Of a stretch of 64,000 nt of DNA, positions 17,673 through 27,418 are shown piece by piece. The notes under the pieces were generated by a model. It was not told the origin of the DNA, made no database searches, and saw nothing but the letters and a program-made list of their open reading frames with translations. The position numbers and the translations under genes were made by a program. Source of the DNA: a virus; IMG/VR virus record IMGVR_UViG_3300017770_000005, positions 1 to 64,000 of that record; one strand, given 5' to 3'. Position 1 is the stretch's first letter, and each line of letters starts with the position of its first letter.

Positions 17673-18020
17673 TCAGCTATTTAGTATTGTTTTTTGATAT
17701 GGTATTGATTTCATATATTCAATCTCTTCATTATATACCCGATGAACTTTACCAATAACTTCTTGCCAAGTATATCGTCTTGGCATACTTAAATGAAAGT
17801 TCAACCCAGTGAATCCCCAAGAATGAATAGAAGTGCAGGCAATTAATGGATGTTGATCGTAAATAATGTTGGGAGTTTTTGCAAGATAAACAAATGTATA
17901 ATAATTTCCTGGTTCTGGAATATATTCAGACTCGGTGAATACTTCAAGAACTGCAGTCATATAATCATCTGGATCAGAAAAGGTATCGATTAGTGCTCCT
18001 AATTCTGCAGTGCGATTCAT
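17673..18020 (-). CDS. gp2: DNA end protector gp2-like
   Basis: PG.YYTF.Y.AKT, YDQHPLI, GF.GLNFH; synteny. Confidence 0.75.
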   Translation of the reverse strand: MNRTAELGALIDTFSDPDDYMTAVLEVFTESEYIPEPGNYYTFVYLAKTPNIIYDQHPLIACTSIHSWGFTGLNFHLSMPRRYTWQEVIGKVHRVYNEEIEYMKSIPYQKTILNS

Positions 18021-18466
18021 CTCTTAATGCCAAGTTCGTTTTCTGTTATGATTTTAAATTCAAGTAAACGATCAGCACAAAATTCTGATGCTGCTCTCCA
18101 TTTTGCTTGGTTTACTGCGTATGTTTTTACCTCATACAACCATGATTTAGTCTTACGTTTTGGTTTTGGGTTAGGTTGTTGTGTTTGTTTATGTGGTTTT
18201 ACTTCAATTACATACTTTTTAATTTTACCATCTCTTTCACGAACCTTAACGAAAAAATCTGGAAAGTATTTGTGAACTCGATTATCAACAGGAGAACGAT
18301 AGGGTATCCAAAACTCTTCACTACCCCATTCTAAAATACTTTCATTAGTATCACACCAATTGCAGAATCTCCTTTCCCACGAACTTCTACAAATTATATT
18401 ATTTACATCACCCACATACTTTTGAGTGTTTGAAGGTTTAAATCTACTCTTGATGCTTTTCGACAT
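18017..18466 (-). CDS. gp4: Head completion nuclease gp4
   Basis: RSSWE..F, W.SEE..IPY, YFPDF, IEVKP, NQAKW. Confidence 0.93.
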   Translation of the reverse strand: MSKSIKSRFKPSNTQKYVGDVNNIICRSSWERRFCNWCDTNESILEWGSEEFWIPYRSPVDNRVHKYFPDFFVKVRERDGKIKKYVIEVKPHKQTQQPNPKPKRKTKSWLYEVKTYAVNQAKWRAASEFCADRLLEFKIITENELGIKR

Positions 18467-18495
18467 CTCTTATACATAGTATAACGAAGTATCTT

Positions 18496-18503
18496 TATTT
18501 ATA
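18496..18503 (-). promoter_or_regulatory. T4 late promoter TATAAATA
   Basis: TATTTATA on + strand upstream of gp4; a divergent variant TATACATA lies at 18471-18478 on +. Confidence 0.75.
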
Positions 18504-18508
18504 GTGTA

Positions 18509-19279
18509 ATGGCAGCCACTGGACCAAAGAAATTTAGTATGGCTGATGTCAAAGCCAGGATGGGTAACTATGCATCCACTAACTATTATCACGTATATTT
18601 TAAAATACCAAGTAAAGCAGAACAATTCGTAAAAGCACAGTATGGAGTCAATACATCACAATATCAAAATTTAGTAGAAATTGCTTGTATTGATACTACG
18701 TTACCAGGTTCTAGTCTTGTAACTCATGAAATTACAAATGATTATACTGGAATTACTGAGAGACATGTATATCGTAGACAATTTGACGGTAAAATTGATT
18801 TTACGTTTGCCATTGATAGGGAATATACTCTCCTAAGAATGTTTGAAGGATGGATGGGATATATTGGTGGTGAAAATGATCCACAAAACTTTTATAATAG
18901 GGATCAGATCAACGAAAGTTATAGAGTCCCTTTTACGAATGACTATATGTGCCAAAATTTATCCATTGTTAAGTATGAAAAGGATAGTTTCTCTCCATCA
19001 GGATCTAAAAAATCACTAAAATATACTTTTTTAAATGCGTTTCCGATTGCTATCACAAGTATTCCAATATCTCAAGGACCAACTGACTTCTTGACAATGA
19101 CTGTAACTATGGATTATCAAAAGTACTTCACCGAACCTATTCAGGGTAATTCCAGTTCTCCTGGTGAAGAAAAACCTAAAGCATCCGATGAAAATGTCGG
19201 AGCTGAGACTACTGCAGCAACACCTGGAGCAAACGGTCTCATAGGAGATGGGTATGATCCATACCAAGGATTTGCCTAA
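18509..19279 (+). CDS. Tail-tube family protein (gp19/gp54-like tube initiator)
   Basis: C....LPG..L, FE.WM..I, Y.F.NAFP..I.S, V...Y pattern; synteny. Confidence 0.75.
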   Translation: MAATGPKKFSMADVKARMGNYASTNYYHVYFKIPSKAEQFVKAQYGVNTSQYQNLVEIACIDTTLPGSSLVTHEITNDYTGITERHVYRRQFDGKIDFTFAIDREYTLLRMFEGWMGYIGGENDPQNFYNRDQINESYRVPFTNDYMCQNLSIVKYEKDSFSPSGSKKSLKYTFLNAFPIAITSIPISQGPTDFLTMTVTMDYQKYFTEPIQGNSSSPGEEKPKASDENVGAETTAATPGANGLIGDGYDPYQGFA

Positions 19280-19306
19280 TAAATAAAATTACTGAGTTGA
19301 AATACT

Positions 19307-20041
19307 ATGCCATTACCAACAATTGCTACACCAACGTTTGAACTAGAGTTACCTTCAACAGGACAAACGATTGAATATAGACCATTCCTAGTTAAAGAAG
19401 AAAAGGTTCTCCTATACGCATTGGAGTCTGAAAGTCAGAAACAAATTAGTAATGCAGTGAAGACTGTTATTAAAAATTGTATCAAAACAAAAGGTATCAA
19501 GGTTGAAAAACTTCCAACCTTTGATATTGAATACCTATTCTTGAACATTCGTGGAAAATCTGTTGGAGAAGATATTGAGGTTAATTTAATTTGTCCCGAT
19601 GACGGTGAGAGTACTGTCACTGTTCAAATTAATGTTGATGATATTGAAGTTCATAAGGAAAAAGGTCATGATCAACAGATCAGACTAGATGATACTATTA
19701 TGCTTGAGATGGCATATCCATCACTAACACAGTTCGTTAAAGATAACTTTGATTCTGAAACTGAAGCAGATAGATCTTTTGATTTAATTGCAACATGTAT
19801 TGACAAAGTTTATACTGAAGACGAAGTTTGGGAGGCTGCAAACTGCACTAAGAAAGAACTTATGGAGTTTGTTGAGCAAATGAATTCAACACAATTTAAA
19901 AAGATTGAAGATTTCTTTACCAGTATGCCCAAACTATCCCATACTGTAAAGATTGTAAATCCAAATACAAAAGTTGAAAGTGAAGTTGTACTTGAGGGTC
20001 TAGCATCTTTTTCGCATAGGCATGATCCATATGGATCTTGA
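19307..20041 (+). CDS. gp26: Baseplate hub subunit gp26-like
   Basis: MPLP.I.TP, YRPFLVKEEK, FDIEYLFL.IR.KSVGE, FF..MPKL; 3' end uncertain (see findings). Confidence 0.9.
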   Translation: MPLPTIATPTFELELPSTGQTIEYRPFLVKEEKVLLYALESESQKQISNAVKTVIKNCIKTKGIKVEKLPTFDIEYLFLNIRGKSVGEDIEVNLICPDDGESTVTVQINVDDIEVHKEKGHDQQIRLDDTIMLEMAYPSLTQFVKDNFDSETEADRSFDLIATCIDKVYTEDEVWEAANCTKKELMEFVEQMNSTQFKKIEDFFTSMPKLSHTVKIVNPNTKVESEVVLEGLASFSHRHDPYGS

Positions 20042-20201
20042 GAATTATTTCCGTCTCAATTTTGCCTTGATGCAGTACCATAAATATTCATTAACTGAGA
20101 TCGAGAATATGATTCCGATCGAACGTGACATCTACGTTATGCTACTTCAACAACATCTTGATGAAGAGAAGTTAAAACAGCAGACAGCAAATGGCATCTA
20201 G
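20022..20201 (+). CDS. gp51: Baseplate hub assembly catalyst gp51-like, 59 aa (not in ORF track)
   Basis: Hand translation MIHMDLENYFRLNFALMQYHKYSLTEIENMIPIERDIYVMLLQQHLDEEKLKQQTANGI. Confidence 0.85.
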   Translation: MIHMDLENYFRLNFALMQYHKYSLTEIENMIPIERDIYVMLLQQHLDEEKLKQQTANGI

Positions 20202-22611
20202 GACTAGCACCGATCCACTAGAAATACTCTTAGAGATGGGTGTAGACCTAGATAATCTCTCTGGTGAGGAAGATTATCTTAGTGCCTTGATGGAGGCGGC
20301 AGCAACTATTGAATTCTTGACAAAAGGAAGTGGTGATGAACGTAGTGCTGCCCTTAGAAAAGAAATTATAGCAGTAAGAAAGAAAAGAAAAGCAGCAGAT
20401 CCAAAGTTTAAAGCAAAAACTGCAAAAATATCTAAGAGTTCTTTTAAACCAAAGCAGGCACCTAAACAGAAAGTATTACCTTCAAGTGCTCTTGTTCCGT
20501 ATCAGAGTCCAGAGAATAAACCTGAGGAAGAGAGTGGAAATAAAAAAACAAAAAATGAACTTGTAAAGTCTGATAAAAGTGAAAGTATTTTTTCTAGTAT
20601 TCTGAAGAATATCATTGCAATAAAAGGTCTCATTAAGGAAAGACTTAATGTAACTAAGAGTATCAGAAATGCTGAGAGAAAGAACCTTCTGAAGCAGAAA
20701 AGAAAAGCAAAAGAAGATTTGTTAGAAAAGGATAAGAAAGGAAATGGTTTCCTCAAAAAATTAAAAGGTGCTTTACCTCGATTAAACATATTTGATGCAA
20801 TATTTAATTGGATCAAGAATGTAGTTCTAGGTAGAATTCTTATCAAGATCATTGATTGGATGTCAGATCCAAAGAATAAGAAAAAACTTGATACTCTTGG
20901 TAGGTTCTTAAAAGATTGGTGGCCAGCACTTACTGCTGCATTTGTATTGTTTGCTACTCCATTGGGTGCTTTTATTAGAACCGTAGTAAGTGGAATGGCA
21001 AGACTTACTGCGTTCTTAGTACGAAGAGCAATACCTGCGTTAATAGGTTTTGCAGCAAAGAATCCACTTGCAGCTGCTGCAGTTGCCACTGCCATCGGTG
21101 CTGGTGTTTTAGCATATAGAGCTAAGGATGGCACTGAACAGCAACTAGAAGAGAAAGGTCTGAGTGATGCTACTCCAAAGGAGCAAGCAGATGAACTATC
21201 AAAACCTGGTAGTATTATGGAAACATTTACTAGGGGTCTACTACCTTCTTTGAATGATAAACGAGAAGGATATTCTGGTGGTGGTATGGCTCGTGGAACT
21301 GATACTGTTCCTGCCATGCTCACTCCAGGTGAGTTTGTAATGAGTCGTGGTGCTGTTGATAAGTTTGGTAGTGGTTTTATGGAATCTATCAATGCTGCTG
21401 GTGGTGGTACAAATAAACCAAAAATAATGAGTGGAACCACATATGCATCAGGTGGTGGTAGTGTTATTGCGTCCGATTCTAAAGTGAGTTATTATGATCC
21501 ATCTCTTGGTGGAATTAATGCGAGTGGTGCTAAAACTGCTAGTGGTCTACCTGCTACTTCTACTGGTGAAGGATATAAACCAGAGGTATTTTCTGCTGCA
21601 GCATTTCCACCATTACTAAAACTTCTTCCCAGTGATATGACAGCACCTGCACAAGGTTTCCCTGGAGGTAGAACATTAAAAAGTCCATTCCAGGTTGTTG
21701 TTACCAAAGGTGATAAAAAGGCAGTTGTGCGTGTCAATGATGTTGGTCCTGGTGTTGAAGGACACGCAGATAATCATATGCTAGATTTTAGTGTTGCTAC
21801 TAAAAATTATCTAGGAACAGGAAGTGGTGGATTTGATATTCACATGGCAAAGAGTAATGCTAAATTGGGACCAATCGATAAAGATAAAAATATTTCCAAC
21901 TTTACAATCAAGTTTGACGGATTGAAAAATTATGGTGGTTATGTTCTTCCTAGTCTTGATAGCATTCCCAACTATAGTCAAGAAAAAGAAACTAAGAAAG
22001 AGTATAAAGTTGGTGATCTTGTACAAAAGACTACAGGTGGCAAAACTAGAATCCTAGTATTCGATGGTCAAGGATGGGCAGATGCTAGAAACCCGAGGGC
22101 AGCAACATCTCAAGGAACTGTTACAACTACACTAGGTGGTAGATCTGCATCTGAAAGTCGAGCTAATAGTGGTATTATGAGTAGTCTAGAAGGTATAGAT
22201 TTCTCAGATCTAAGAGGAACTTCTGCTTTTAGTGATATTTTTGCTGGAGCAAGACAGAGTTTAGGAACAGAAGGACCAACATTTACTCCATATGTAAACT
22301 CTTTAAGTGATTCACCAAGTACATCAATTCAAAACAATAATACTACTAATACATTTAAGTCTGATGGTAGACAACAACTCATCCCATTTCCTTTGGAGAG
22401 ACTTTCTCCAATCGATAACTTAAAACGTCAACCTCTAAATTCAGTTGAAACTATAGATCTTGATCCAATTACATCGGCATTTGGACCACCATCTTCAAAT
22501 CCCACAAACTCACCACATGATCCAGAATTTCCAACAATTTCAGAATCCAAAGAGTCGGTAATTGTGAGAGAAATGGTTCTTCTAAACACTCTTGGAGGTG
22601 ATGGAGAATGA
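20191..22611 (+). CDS. Tape-measure-like virion protein with RlpA-like (DPBB) lytic transglycosylase domain
   Basis: Lys-rich helical N-terminus, hydrophobic segments, GTDTVPAMLTPGEFV; SYY...KTASG...AA...VRVNDVGP...LDFS. Confidence 0.7.
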   Translation: MASRTSTDPLEILLEMGVDLDNLSGEEDYLSALMEAAATIEFLTKGSGDERSAALRKEIIAVRKKRKAADPKFKAKTAKISKSSFKPKQAPKQKVLPSSALVPYQSPENKPEEESGNKKTKNELVKSDKSESIFSSILKNIIAIKGLIKERLNVTKSIRNAERKNLLKQKRKAKEDLLEKDKKGNGFLKKLKGALPRLNIFDAIFNWIKNVVLGRILIKIIDWMSDPKNKKKLDTLGRFLKDWWPALTAAFVLFATPLGAFIRTVVSGMARLTAFLVRRAIPALIGFAAKNPLAAAAVATAIGAGVLAYRAKDGTEQQLEEKGLSDATPKEQADELSKPGSIMETFTRGLLPSLNDKREGYSGGGMARGTDTVPAMLTPGEFVMSRGAVDKFGSGFMESINAAGGGTNKPKIMSGTTYASGGGSVIASDSKVSYYDPSLGGINASGAKTASGLPATSTGEGYKPEVFSAAAFPPLLKLLPSDMTAPAQGFPGGRTLKSPFQVVVTKGDKKAVVRVNDVGPGVEGHADNHMLDFSVATKNYLGTGSGGFDIHMAKSNAKLGPIDKDKNISNFTIKFDGLKNYGGYVLPSLDSIPNYSQEKETKKEYKVGDLVQKTTGGKTRILVFDGQGWADARNPRAATSQGTVTTTLGGRSASESRANSGIMSSLEGIDFSDLRGTSAFSDIFAGARQSLGTEGPTFTPYVNSLSDSPSTSIQNNNTTNTFKSDGRQQLIPFPLERLSPIDNLKRQPLNSVETIDLDPITSAFGPPSSNPTNSPHDPEFPTISESKESVIVREMVLLNTLGGDGE

Positions 22612-25600
22612 TTGGATTACTGGGGAGTTCAATTACAAGAGCAGTTGGTGGTCAACTAGCAAAAGGTGCTGCAAAAAAAGCACTTGGTGGTAAAAATAAA
22701 AAACAATCTCAAATTGTAAAAAGTCCAACCCAAGGTCAAGGACAAGGAAAAGGTGGTGCGATTGCAATAAGACCAAAGTCTGTACTTATACCAGCATCAA
22801 CTATTCCTGCAAGAAATAATAAAACAGTATCTGGATCATCAAAGTCTGGTCCAGGAACACTCGAACGTATTGATAAAGAAGTTCTTGAAATTAGAAACTT
22901 ACTTGGCAAGTCAATAAAAATAGAGAAACAAGATGCAACTACCAAGAAAAAATTATTTGAAAAAGAATTAAGGCAGTCTAAAGAGAACAAACTAGAAAAA
23001 AAATCTAAGATTGGTTCTGGACTTGGTGGACCAGGACTTTCAAAAATTCTTCCCAGTGGTGGAATTATTGATGCTATTCAAAACTTTATATTCAGTGTTA
23101 TTGGTGGTAAAATATTAATATTTTTATTTGAAAACAGAGAAGCAGTATTTAATATTGTAAAAGGTCTTGCTGCTGCCACAGAATTTATCCTAGATCTAGG
23201 AGGAAAAATTCTAAATGGAATTATATCTCTAGTTGATGGTGCCTATGATATTACCGACGCAATATCAAAAGAGATTGAAGCTGTTGGTGGAGAGGATGCT
23301 GGAAAAGAATATGGTAAGTTCACAGAAAAATTCAACAAGTTTGTTAACATTGCAATGATCTTGGCAATGTCTGGAGTTCCTCTTGGTGGTATGGGATCTC
23401 CTGCAGCAAAACCTGGAGCAAAACCTGGAGTAAAACCTCAAAGTAATCTATCACCTGGTGGAAAACCAGGACCAGGATCAAATAAATTTGGTGGTGCAAA
23501 TAATAAGACTACGGAATATATGAATCGTAACCGCACGGCAAAATATTTTGAGAGAAAGTATGGTAATAATGCTGCTAGAGAATTTTCTAATGCACATAAC
23601 AATGCTATAAACTCTGGCATGAAGCCAAAAGACGCATTAGCAGATGCAAAGAAACGTACAGAAAGGTTGATAAGAAAGAACAAGGGTCGTTTCAAAGTTC
23701 AATCTGCAGGACCTGGTTTGAGAGGTGGACCTGGAGGACAAGTAGCATCTGGAAGAGCAGGTGGTGTTTTTAGAAGAGGACTTAGAAATTCTGGAAGTCG
23801 TCTTCAGACCAGAATTATGGGTCGTGGTGCAAGACTTGGTTTGAATAGAACAGGAGCAAGACTTGCAAGTAAATTTGCCAGAGTTGGTGCTGGACCTCTA
23901 GGTAGAATACCAATTGTTGGTCCACTTATGGTTGGTATTGCTTCCTATATGGAAGATGGTAAACTTGATAGAGCATTGTTTAAGGTAGGTGGTTCTGCTA
24001 TTGGTGGTTTCCTTGGTTCATTTATCCCAATTCCATTCCTAGGAACACTCCTCGGAACACTTGCTGGTGAATATGTTGGTGACTTATTTTATGAACTACT
24101 GCGTGGTGGTGGTGCATCTGCGGTTGGAAAGAGACTGAAAAATGATATTTTAAAAGTTGTAAATGGAGCTAAATTATTTTCTGAGTGGATGATGAAGGGT
24201 ATTTCTAATATCCAAAAACAAGATGGACCAGAACTTGATTTATCATGGGTTCCCTTCTCAGATTTTGGTAAGATAAGACTTGGTGGTTGGGCTACTTTAT
24301 TAAATCCTTTAGAGTTGAATCTAGTTAAAAAGTTTGATGTTTTAAGAAAATCATTCTTCTCAGAATCGAATAATAATCCTGATAGTTCAACAACTTATAC
24401 TGAAGGTGGAAGTAACGATGGAAGAGGAAATAGTGATGCTGAGGGTGAAGAAAGTAGGAGTGGTGGTGGTGCAAGACCAACTGTAACTGGTGGTGGTGGT
24501 AGACGTTCAATTCCTTCTGGGAATGGAGCAATTACCAAAGTTCCATTTGGTGATCCAAACTTTAGTCCAGGTACAACTAGAAATAAGTCCACACAAATTT
24601 ATCTACATTGGACTGGTGGAAATTATAATGATACTAGTGCAAGTTATGGATATCATACTATTTTTGCAGGTGACGGCAGTATTCATAGAAATAAAGGATA
24701 TGATGTTACTGGAATGCATACTGAAGGAAAGAACTCTAATTCAGTAGGACTATCACTTGCTGCTATGGGTGGAGAAGGTGTAGATTGGGATAGATTTGGG
24801 TCATACCCAGTTACTCAGGAACAATTAAATGCAATGACTGCAGAAGCAGCAAGACTTGCAATCAAATGGGGGTGGAGTGAAGGTGATATTGATAAGAATA
24901 TTTGGACTCATGCCGAAGCAGGTTCTGGTTTAGATCCAAGAGGATTGAGTGGACACCTAGACAAGAATGGAGATGGAGCTCCAGATAATTATGGTCCGAG
25001 AATGTGGGGTGGATCTGTAGCAAGATGGGACCTATTGAATGTCACTGAAGGTGCAGAAATGGGCAGTGGAGGTAGTGTTGCCCGTGACATGGTTAAGAAA
25101 CATTTTAGAAACTTTAAGCAAGAAGAAACTCAAAGAGGAAAAAGTGATGCTGAAGGTCTAGAAGCAGCAGCACCATCAGGATCAGGTGATAGAAAGATTC
25201 CAAATTCATCTGGACTAGAAAAGTGGCTCAATAATACTGAGAGAGGTAGTGGAGAAGAATATAATTTGAAAGGAGTTGGAAATTATGTTAGAGGGACAAT
25301 GTTCGGAGGAGCACCTTATGACAAGTTATTCCTATATCCTGGTGCTAAGGAATTTAAAGATAAGAATGGACAAGTAAAAGGCATAACAAGAATTAGATCA
25401 TATCTAGAAAGAAACTATCCAAATTTGTTGTCTGATAAAATTATGGATGAAAAAGGAAGGACCCAGAAAGGTGCGGGTCTTCCTGGTAATCAAAGTCTTT
25501 CCCTTAAAGAAAGGAAAGCTGCTTTAGATGCGAAACAAGAGGTAAAAACAACTACAAAGACTACTACCACAACAACAGAAGATGATTCAAGAGAAAGAAA

Positions 25601-25877
25601 TACAGGTCTAGAAGGTATAGATTTTTCAGATCTAAGAGGATCTTCTGCGTTTACTGATATTTTTGCTGGGGCAAGAAGTAATTTATCATCAATAGGTCCT
25701 TCTTCTACCATTATGAGACCTGAAGAACTAAATAGGGATATTGCTTTACGTGATCAAGCAAGTTATGAGCAGGATGGTAGTAGAACAATTATAGTAAATC
25801 AACCGTATCTAATTGCTACTGGTAATCGTGATGAGCAACAACTAGCAAGTTCATCTGGAAGTAAATTCTATTCGTAA
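22608..25877 (+). CDS. Tape-measure-like virion protein with N-acetylmuramoyl-L-alanine amidase domain
   Basis: Gly-rich hydrophobic helices; IYLHWTGG, YH..F..DG, HT...NSNSVG, HAE (Amidase_2-like). Confidence 0.72.
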   Translation: MIGLLGSSITRAVGGQLAKGAAKKALGGKNKKQSQIVKSPTQGQGQGKGGAIAIRPKSVLIPASTIPARNNKTVSGSSKSGPGTLERIDKEVLEIRNLLGKSIKIEKQDATTKKKLFEKELRQSKENKLEKKSKIGSGLGGPGLSKILPSGGIIDAIQNFIFSVIGGKILIFLFENREAVFNIVKGLAAATEFILDLGGKILNGIISLVDGAYDITDAISKEIEAVGGEDAGKEYGKFTEKFNKFVNIAMILAMSGVPLGGMGSPAAKPGAKPGVKPQSNLSPGGKPGPGSNKFGGANNKTTEYMNRNRTAKYFERKYGNNAAREFSNAHNNAINSGMKPKDALADAKKRTERLIRKNKGRFKVQSAGPGLRGGPGGQVASGRAGGVFRRGLRNSGSRLQTRIMGRGARLGLNRTGARLASKFARVGAGPLGRIPIVGPLMVGIASYMEDGKLDRALFKVGGSAIGGFLGSFIPIPFLGTLLGTLAGEYVGDLFYELLRGGGASAVGKRLKNDILKVVNGAKLFSEWMMKGISNIQKQDGPELDLSWVPFSDFGKIRLGGWATLLNPLELNLVKKFDVLRKSFFSESNNNPDSSTTYTEGGSNDGRGNSDAEGEESRSGGGARPTVTGGGGRRSIPSGNGAITKVPFGDPNFSPGTTRNKSTQIYLHWTGGNYNDTSASYGYHTIFAGDGSIHRNKGYDVTGMHTEGKNSNSVGLSLAAMGGEGVDWDRFGSYPVTQEQLNAMTAEAARLAIKWGWSEGDIDKNIWTHAEAGSGLDPRGLSGHLDKNGDGAPDNYGPRMWGGSVARWDLLNVTEGAEMGSGGSVARDMVKKHFRNFKQEETQRGKSDAEGLEAAAPSGSGDRKIPNSSGLEKWLNNTERGSGEEYNLKGVGNYVRGTMFGGAPYDKLFLYPGAKEFKDKNGQVKGITRIRSYLERNYPNLLSDKIMDEKGRTQKGAGLPGNQSLSLKERKAALDAKQEVKTTTKTTTTTTEDDSRERNTGLEGIDFSDLRGSSAFTDIFAGARSNLSSIGPSSTIMRPEELNRDIALRDQASYEQDGSRTIIVNQPYLIATGNRDEQQLASSSGSKFYS

Positions 25878-27182
25878 ATGACAACAAACAAAGCACTCGA
25901 AGTACACAATATAACGAAGTTTAAACTTCATTCAAACTATGGAAAGGATATTAGTTTGCTTGGAGAGGGTGCATTTTCTCATGTCTTGATATTTCAAAGC
26001 ATCTACGACCATTCTGTTCGTGCAACATTTGAAATGTTTGATAGTGGTATAAGACAGGAAGAAAAGAAAACTAAATCTATTGAAGAAACAGAGTCATTTA
26101 ATATAACTGCTGGTGAAAAGGTTGAACTTATACTTGAAGATGAAAGAAAACAAAAATTAGAATTTATTGAAGGAAAAGTATTTACAATATCCGAAGTGAA
26201 AGCTTCAATGACGAACACTATGAAAGAAAACTTCAAGATTGAAATGTGTCTGAATGATTTTATAGAGAATGAATTGGAGGAAAATTTTGTTGTTGAAAGA
26301 TTTGATCAAAAAATAAGTGCTACTGTTAATCAAGTTCTTTCTAAGGTAACTGAAAGAACTATATTTATTGATCCAACAGTGACAGAACTACCTATAAAAG
26401 GATGCACTGAAAGACCTTTTGATTTTGTTACATCATTATGTTTAAAAGCACAACCAGAAAAGTTTCCTGAATCTGCAGGATATCTTCTTTTTGATAATTA
26501 TAATGGACTACACTTCAGATCCATTGATGTTATGTTTAGTCAAGAACCCAAGAGGAAAATGATACTAAACGAAACTCCAAGACTTCCTCCAGGATATAGT
26601 AATAAAATATTGAATGTAGAATTTAATAACACCATGAATGTTCTTGATAGTTTAAGATATGGTGCATTACAAAACGACAAGATGAGGACATTAGATCCAA
26701 ACTATCATACATATGCACAAAACTCTCACAATAGTGATGACCTTTATTTGGGAGACAATAATCTTAAGGATGTAAAACCAGTAGTTGGAGATCACTTAGA
26801 ACTTCCAAAAAAATCTAGTAGAGTTATGAATCAAATGCGTGACACTGGTGTTCATCCACCTGGAAAAGACCTAGAAGAACAACTCCCATTTGCACAAGAA
26901 CGGGTATTTGATCATGATACGATCCCACAATTAGCAATCAAAAGACATTATCAGTCTAGGTTATATACTGTAAATATTAAATTATACGGTGATTTTGGCA
27001 TTTTCCCTGGTGATGTAGTATATTGCGACTTTCCAGAAATTTCTTCGGACCAATCTAAAAAGAATATTTCAAAGAAAAAATCTGGAAAATACTTAGTAGC
27101 AGATGTGGCACATTTAATATGTCCAGAAGGTTGTTATACTAAGCTAAATATGATCAGAGACTCAATAGTAGAAGAGGAGTAA
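25878..27182 (+). CDS. Baseplate hub protein (gp27-like)
   Basis: GY..F....G.HFRSID, I...GD....GD.....P, SGKYL...V.H; lies upstream of gp5. Confidence 0.65.
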   Translation: MTTNKALEVHNITKFKLHSNYGKDISLLGEGAFSHVLIFQSIYDHSVRATFEMFDSGIRQEEKKTKSIEETESFNITAGEKVELILEDERKQKLEFIEGKVFTISEVKASMTNTMKENFKIEMCLNDFIENELEENFVVERFDQKISATVNQVLSKVTERTIFIDPTVTELPIKGCTERPFDFVTSLCLKAQPEKFPESAGYLLFDNYNGLHFRSIDVMFSQEPKRKMILNETPRLPPGYSNKILNVEFNNTMNVLDSLRYGALQNDKMRTLDPNYHTYAQNSHNSDDLYLGDNNLKDVKPVVGDHLELPKKSSRVMNQMRDTGVHPPGKDLEEQLPFAQERVFDHDTIPQLAIKRHYQSRLYTVNIKLYGDFGIFPGDVVYCDFPEISSDQSKKNISKKKSGKYLVADVAHLICPEGCYTKLNMIRDSIVEEE

Positions 27183-27183
27183 A

Positions 27184-27411
27184 ATGGACAGTATCGAGCA
27201 ACATATTGAAAAGGACAAAGAGATTCTTGATAATCCAATGATCTCACCCAATCAACGTCGTCATATTGAAGGTGAGTTGCATGAATTGGAAGACTATGCA
27301 GAACATCATAAGAAAGAAATTGAAGAAGGTGATCATCACGATCCCTCTCCACTAGAATTATATTGTGACGCAAATCCATCAGAACCAGAATGTCTTGTTT
27401 ACGAGGACTAA
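27184..27411 (+). CDS. cp12: CP12 Calvin-cycle inhibitor
   Basis: C-terminal LELYCDANPSEPECLVYED; GAGGAG RBS. Confidence 0.93.
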   Translation: MDSIEQHIEKDKEILDNPMISPNQRRHIEGELHELEDYAEHHKKEIEEGDHHDPSPLELYCDANPSEPECLVYED

Positions 27412-27418
27412 ATGAACA

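Noticed and set aside
18017-18466. TnsA-like endonuclease suggesting a transposon
   Set aside because: Sequence and synteny match the core head-completion gene gp4; no transposon ends or partner genes.
20502-21440. 312-aa antisense ORF and the many other short antisense or alternate-frame ORFs inside long genes
   Set aside because: Shadow ORFs expected from codon bias; no motifs or expression signals.
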